Part shown: in pieces, positions 60,893-64,000 of the stretch | Layout: every line of letters starts with the position of its first letter | Position numbering within the stretch: the stretch's first letter is position 1 | NCBI GenBank assembly: GCA_040437565.1 | Contig: JBDOQK010000011.1 | Location: 558,001 to 622,000, forward strand | Length of the DNA stretch: 64,000 nucleotides | Reading direction: 5' to 3' | Source of the DNA: Albugo candida | Lineage: Eukaryota | Position numbers and translations under genes: made by a program | The notes under the pieces: generated by a model | The model's database searches: none | What the model saw: the letters and a program-made list of their open reading frames with translations, nothing else | What the model was told of the DNA's origin: nothing

Positions 60893-63445
60893 ATGATGAT
60901 GGAAGTACCACCATGGAAGAAACATTGTGTGGCAATGGATCCAGAAACCAAAGAAGACTTGAACCCTGCAAACAACAAGGATTCAGAGTGGAAATCCTCA
61001 AATATGTCCATTATCGCTCAATTCCAGCAAGATGATGCAAGTTTGTTCTCGTAAACGAATGACCATCGAGTGGCGCCTAATGTCTTTATTCAGGGAACAA
61101 GAATTGGACCGCAGATTGATCTTCCTCTGACATCCACCGTATGTCAACTTGAAGAGCTGGTGAATCAATTACAAGAAAACGGAAGTACGAAAACACCGTA
61201 TTCCTTCTACGTCAATGATACCGAAATCAGCAAATCTCTTGACATTACTGTCAAACAATTGGTACGTTTGCTTTCAAGTGTAATTTCGAAGTATCTATTG
61301 ACCGCCTTTACAACGTTGAAATGCTTCACAGGGTATCTCAACGGAAGCAGCACTGACAATCACATTTCAACCTTTAGCTGTGTTTCGAGTGCGTCCAGTG
61401 ACGCGATGTAGCGATACACTTGAAGGTCACTCTGAAGCGATATTACATGTGAGTTTCAGCCCAGATGGAAAGAAGCTTGCAAGTGGAGGTGGAGATGCTA
61501 CTGTGCGTTTCTGGGACACATCGACTTGCTTACCCAAATTCACTGGCCGTGGTCACAAGCATCATGTGCTTTGCACGGCTTGGTCTCCTGATGGGGAAAG
61601 GTTTTTATCAGGAGATAAAGTTGGCGAAATGCGTTTGTGGGACCCTTTGACAGGAAAGCAAATCGGGCAGCCAATCAAGGGTCATAAGCAGTGGATCACA
61701 TCACTTAGCTGGGAGCCAATGCATGCAAACGCATCTTGCGAACGCTTTGCAAGTGCTTCCAAAGATAGCATGATCAAAGTGTGGAATGCACGTACTGGTC
61801 GCCAAATCGCGTCTCTTTCTGGGCATGTGGACTCGGTCGAGTGCGTCAAGTGGGGAGGTGAAGGACTATTATACAGTGCTTCAAGAGACCGCACTATCAA
61901 AGTTTGGGCAATGAATTCTGATGATCACACTGGCAAACTCATTCGTACTTTGACCGGACATGGCCACCGAATCAATTCATTAGCACTGAATGTCGATTAT
62001 GTGTGCAGAACGGGGCCATTTGACCATGCAAACACGACATTTTCAGGTCGCGATCAGATGCATAAGGCAGCACTGACTCGATATCAGAATGTACNNNNNN
62101 NNNNNNNNNNNNNNNNNNNNNNNNNNNNNNNNNNNNNNNNNNNNNNNNNNNNNNNNNNNNNNNNNNNNNNNNNNNNNNNNNNNNNNNNNNNNNNGACGCG
62201 ATGTAGCGATACACTTGAAGGTCACTCTGAAGCGATATTACATGTGAGTTTCAGCCCAGATGGAAAGAAGCTTGCAAGTGGAGGTGGAGATGCTACTGTG
62301 CGTTTCTGGGACACATCGACTTGCTTACCCAAATTCACTGGCCGTGGTCACAAGCATCATGTGCTTTGCACGGCTTGGTCTCCTGATGGGGAAAGGTTTT
62401 TATCAGGAGATAAAGTTGGCGAAATGCGTTTGTGGGACCCTTTGACAGGAAAGCAAATCGGGCAGCCAATCAAGGGTCATAAGCAGTGGATCACATCACT
62501 TAGCTGGGAGCCAATGCATGCAAACGCATCTTGCGAACGCTTTGCAAGTGCTTCCAAAGATAGCATGATCAAAGTGTGGAATGCACGTACTGGTCGCCAA
62601 ATCGCGTCTCTTTCTGGGCATGTGGACTCGGTCGAGTGCGTCAAGTGGGGAGGTGAAGGACTATTATACAGTGCTTCAAGAGACCGCACTATCAAAGTTT
62701 GGGCAATGAATTCTGATGATCACACTGGCAAACTCATTCGTACTTTGACCGGACATGGCCACCGAATCAATTCATTAGCACTGAATGTCGATTATGTGTG
62801 CAGAACGGGGCCATTTGACCATGCAAACACGACATTTTCAGGTCGCGATCAGATGCATAAGGCAGCACTGACTCGATATCAGAATGTACGAAAGAATCAA
62901 CCGGAACGCTTGGTCTCAGGATCTGACGATTACACATTATTTTTCTGGGAGCCAGCCGTAAGCTAGAAGAAAAAGCATATGATGTTATCTAATATTTGCC
63001 TGCAGGAGAATAAAAAGCCATTGGAGAGATTAACCGGTCATGTCCAGCCAGTGAATCATATCTGCTTTTCACCAGACGGACGATACTTTGCAAGTGCTTC
63101 TTTTGACAAAAAGGTCAAAATCTGGAATGGCCACACGGGAAAATTTATCGCAACTCTGAGTGGGCACGTTGGAGCTGTGTATCAAGTTTGCTGGTCTAGT
63201 GACAGTCGATTGATCGTTAGTGCAAGCAAAGATTCAACAGTCAAAGTATGGGAATTAGCCGACTTGAAAAAAGCTAAAGTCACGTTACCTGGGCATGCAG
63301 ATGAGGTATATGCGCTTGACTGGTCTCCCAACGGTGACAAAGTAGCTTCTGGAAGCAAGGATCGTACCATCAAAATGTACGTTCGGCCATTTGCTTCAAC
63401 TTTGAGCTATAACGATTGGTGTACTTGTGCAGATGGAAGCACTGA
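60893..63445 (+). CDS. NLE1: Notchless / Rsa4 WD40 ribosome assembly factor; one exon duplicated across a gap
   Basis: NLE domain (QFQ..G..IGP..DLP, PYSFYVN), FRVRPVTRC and WD repeats (GHSEAIL...SGGGDATVRFWD, ERLVSGSDDYTLF, LPGHADEVYALDWSP). Stop 63443-63445. Confidence 0.95.
61400..62889. repeat. 695-bp gap-flanking duplication (61400-62094 = 62195-62889)
   Basis: Identical WD40 translation on both sides of the 100-N gap. Confidence 0.92.
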
Positions 63446-63557
63446 CATTTTTGATTGGTTGATAAAGAGCTCATTTCCTGAAGCGCGCGAAATGTGCTTG
63501 ATTGACAGATAACTTGCGGCATATTCAGTTTTTGCCGGATTATAAGCACATAATAGA

Positions 63558-64000
63558 ATGAAACGATCTCATGAAGCAAGCAGTAGAGTACTAATGTTTC
63601 ACTTCTCCGATCCCAGACAGACATCAGTGAATAAGAATTCAATGGAAAATTGTCGCACCCAAAACCTTTGTGCTGATTGGGAAGACAAACTGAAAAAACT
63701 TCGTCTAGACGACTCGGGTCCTCGACCTGGTCAAAGAACAAAGCGAAATCGTGATGCTACAGTACCTATCAGTAGGGCAAAATGTTTCTTTTTGCTACAT
63801 CTTATGTGTGACTCCAACATGTAGATGCATTCAGCAGGATGATGATGAATGTAGGGTCTGAAAACAGGTTTTCAGACGACGTAAAAAGGAATTTGGGAGT
63901 ACAGCGTTGCGGCGTCTGTCGTCAGCCGAACACGGACGTGCAGAGAAAAAGTAAGTTGAGAAAAGAGCCACAACAGCATCAGATTTGGCGATACTTTTCA
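63558..64000 (+). CDS. Partial hypothetical gene running off the window end; second exon has a CxxC motif
   Basis: ORF 63558..63824, a plausible GT-AG intron at about 63772-63824, then an exon encoding QRCGVCRQP and a GTAAGT donor near 63951. Confidence 0.4.

Noticed and set aside
61380..62966. Notchless with doubled WD40 repeats
   Set aside because: It is an exact 695-bp overlap across a gap, so an assembly artefact.

Overview
This is eukaryotic DNA, not prokaryotic. It is a gene-dense, roughly 44% GC region with short (50-80 nt) spliceosomal introns and oomycete-type genes; an Albugo-like compact genome is my inference, not something I can prove. It carries about 20 protein-coding genes: a Cys/Gly-repeat (WRKY19-like) protein, Rsm22/METTL17, bc1 core protein 2/MPP-alpha-like, SPT4, an intronless 3498-aa TOR, a CKK-domain (CAMSAP/Patronin-like) protein, FolD, a PX-domain AGC kinase, PP1, a TM-CRAL/TRIO-PH protein, EEF1AKMT1, PTEN, an Sde2-CCCH-SPRY fusion, a short HSF, DNA ligase I, pantothenate kinase, a BED/hAT-derived gene, pelota, TRAPPC2L and Notchless. 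Two gene-poor stretches (about 21.5-25 kb and 41-48 kb) hold decayed LINE, Tc1, copia and hAT fragments. All nine 100-N gaps are flanked by duplicated sequence, which I read as unmerged contig or haplotype overlaps, so the apparent tandem duplications are assembly artefacts. I found no rRNA, tRNA or CRISPR array and no clearly novel system. The best leads are an intron-bearing, probably inactivated hAT transposase gene; an in-frame intron whose removal creates a PIP-box-like N-terminus in DNA ligase I; the Sde2-CCCH-SPRY fusion; co-location of TOR, the PX-AGC kinase and PTEN; and three probable GC-AG introns.
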